From the IMG/VR virus record IMGVR_UViG_2519899780_000006: DNA of 48,195 bases; one strand, 5' to 3'. The notes under the pieces are model-generated. The model searched no databases and was not told where the DNA came from. It saw nothing but the letters and a program-made list of their open reading frames with translations. Position 1 is the stretch's first letter; every line of letters begins with the position of its first letter. This DNA comes from a virus (Duplodnaviria > Heunggongvirae > Uroviricota > Caudoviricetes). Both the position numbers and the translations under genes were made by a program. This document shows, piece after piece, positions 47,109 to 48,195 of this stretch.

Positions 47109-48195
47109 CGTAGCCGGTCTTTACGAAAAGTTTGATCGCAGAACTGGCAGAGTTTACTACCAGTATAAAAATCCTGTGACTGGAAAATTTCACGGACTCG
47201 GAACAGACAAAGGTAAGGCAGAAAAAATCGCTTCCACAGCCAATCAGCGAATAGCTGCAGCAGAAGCTGAATATTTCATGCGCAAAATTGATGAAAGTCC
47301 GTCAGCAACAAAACGTCGGGGTATCAGATTAAAGGCATGGGTTGATCGATATCTGAAAATACAGGACACGCGACTGAAAAATGGAGATATTGCAGCTACA
47401 ACTCACAAAGAAAAAACTCGAATGGCTGCATACCTGGTTTCCCGTCTGGGAAACCACCCATTGAAAGAACTGGAAGTAAGAGACTTTGCATTAATACTGG
47501 ATGAGTGGCTGGATAAAGACATGGTCAGCACAGCGAGAGTAAATCGTGGATTATGGGTTGATATTTATAAAGAAGCACAGCATGCAGGGGAAGTTCCTCC
47601 TGGATGGAATCCTCCGGAGGCTACCCGTAAACCGATCCCTAAAGTAACCAGAGCCAGGCTCACCATGGAAGACTGGCAAAAAATTTACAATGCAACGCCT
47701 GAAAAACACTTTATCCGTAACGCAATGCTTCTTGCGATTGTTACTGGTCAGCGCCGTGATGACATTTGCCACATGCGTTTTTCAGATGTGTGGAACGAAC
47801 ACTTGCATATCACCCAGGGAAAAACCGGAATGCGTCTGGCGTTACCGCTTACACTACGCTGTGATGCCATTGGGATAACGTTAAAAGAAGTTATTGATGG
47901 GTGCCGAGACAGAATATTAAGTCCATATCTAATCCATAGTCGGCACCAGAAACAACCGAAGCCGATGAGTAAAGACAACCTGAGCGACTACTTTGCCAAA
48001 GCACGGGATCTGGCTGGGATAATTCCACCAGCAGGAAAAACTCCGCCAACATTTCATGAACAACGCTCTCTATCAGAACGGCTGTACCGTGCACAGGGTA
48101 TCGATACAAAAACATTACTAGGACATAAAGTCCAGGCAACCACCGATCGCTATAACGATACTCGAGGTCAGGAATGGGTTAAGCTGGTTATTTGA
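47077..48195 (+). CDS. int: Tyrosine integrase
   Basis: 372 aa; C-terminal catalytic-type residues (HEQRSL, LLGH, DRYNDTRG); stop codon is the last three bases of the window. Confidence 0.85.
   Translation: MSPRPRKNSTDVAGLYEKFDRRTGRVYYQYKNPVTGKFHGLGTDKGKAEKIASTANQRIAAAEAEYFMRKIDESPSATKRRGIRLKAWVDRYLKIQDTRLKNGDIAATTHKEKTRMAAYLVSRLGNHPLKELEVRDFALILDEWLDKDMVSTARVNRGLWVDIYKEAQHAGEVPPGWNPPEATRKPIPKVTRARLTMEDWQKIYNATPEKHFIRNAMLLAIVTGQRRDDICHMRFSDVWNEHLHITQGKTGMRLALPLTLRCDAIGITLKEVIDGCRDRILSPYLIHSRHQKQPKPMSKDNLSDYFAKARDLAGIIPPAGKTPPTFHEQRSLSERLYRAQGIDTKTLLGHKVQATTDRYNDTRGQEWVKLVI

Noticed and set aside
1-48195. CRISPR arrays, insertion sequences, transposases, attachment-site repeats
   Set aside because: No regularly spaced direct repeats with spacers, no transposase-like ORF and no terminal inverted repeats were seen. 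int ends at the last base of the window, so attP/attR would lie outside it.

Overview
The window is an almost complete lambdoid prophage (lambda / phage 21 / Stx-phage-like mosaic) with no obvious host flanking DNA. Reading the minus strand from high to low coordinates: a Cro-like and YdaT-like early module, an O-like replication initiator with embedded ori iterons, a nin-like region of small tightly coupled genes (two DNA methyltransferase-like genes, Ea22-like paralogues, a Hok toxin, RusA), a Q-like antiterminator with a candidate pR'/tR', a three-tRNA cluster (Ile-CAU, Arg-UCG, Arg-UCU), a NanS-like esterase, a lysis cassette (S21-type pinholin, SAR endolysin, Rz/Rz1), cos, and a complete lambda-type head and tail set from Nu1 to Tfa. 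The plus strand carries a repressor fused to a PaaA2/ParE2-like toxin-antitoxin pair, a RecE-like exonuclease, xis and int. No stx genes, CRISPR array or IS element was seen. Calls rest on recalled similarity to lambda-family proteins and on motifs read by eye; no search was run. The main candidates for undescribed biology are a 268-aa low-GC moron between holin and endolysin, a promoter-terminator unit in the I-J gap that looks like a small RNA, two adjacent highly acidic small proteins, and an AT-rich islet encoding a 59-aa membrane protein beside hok.
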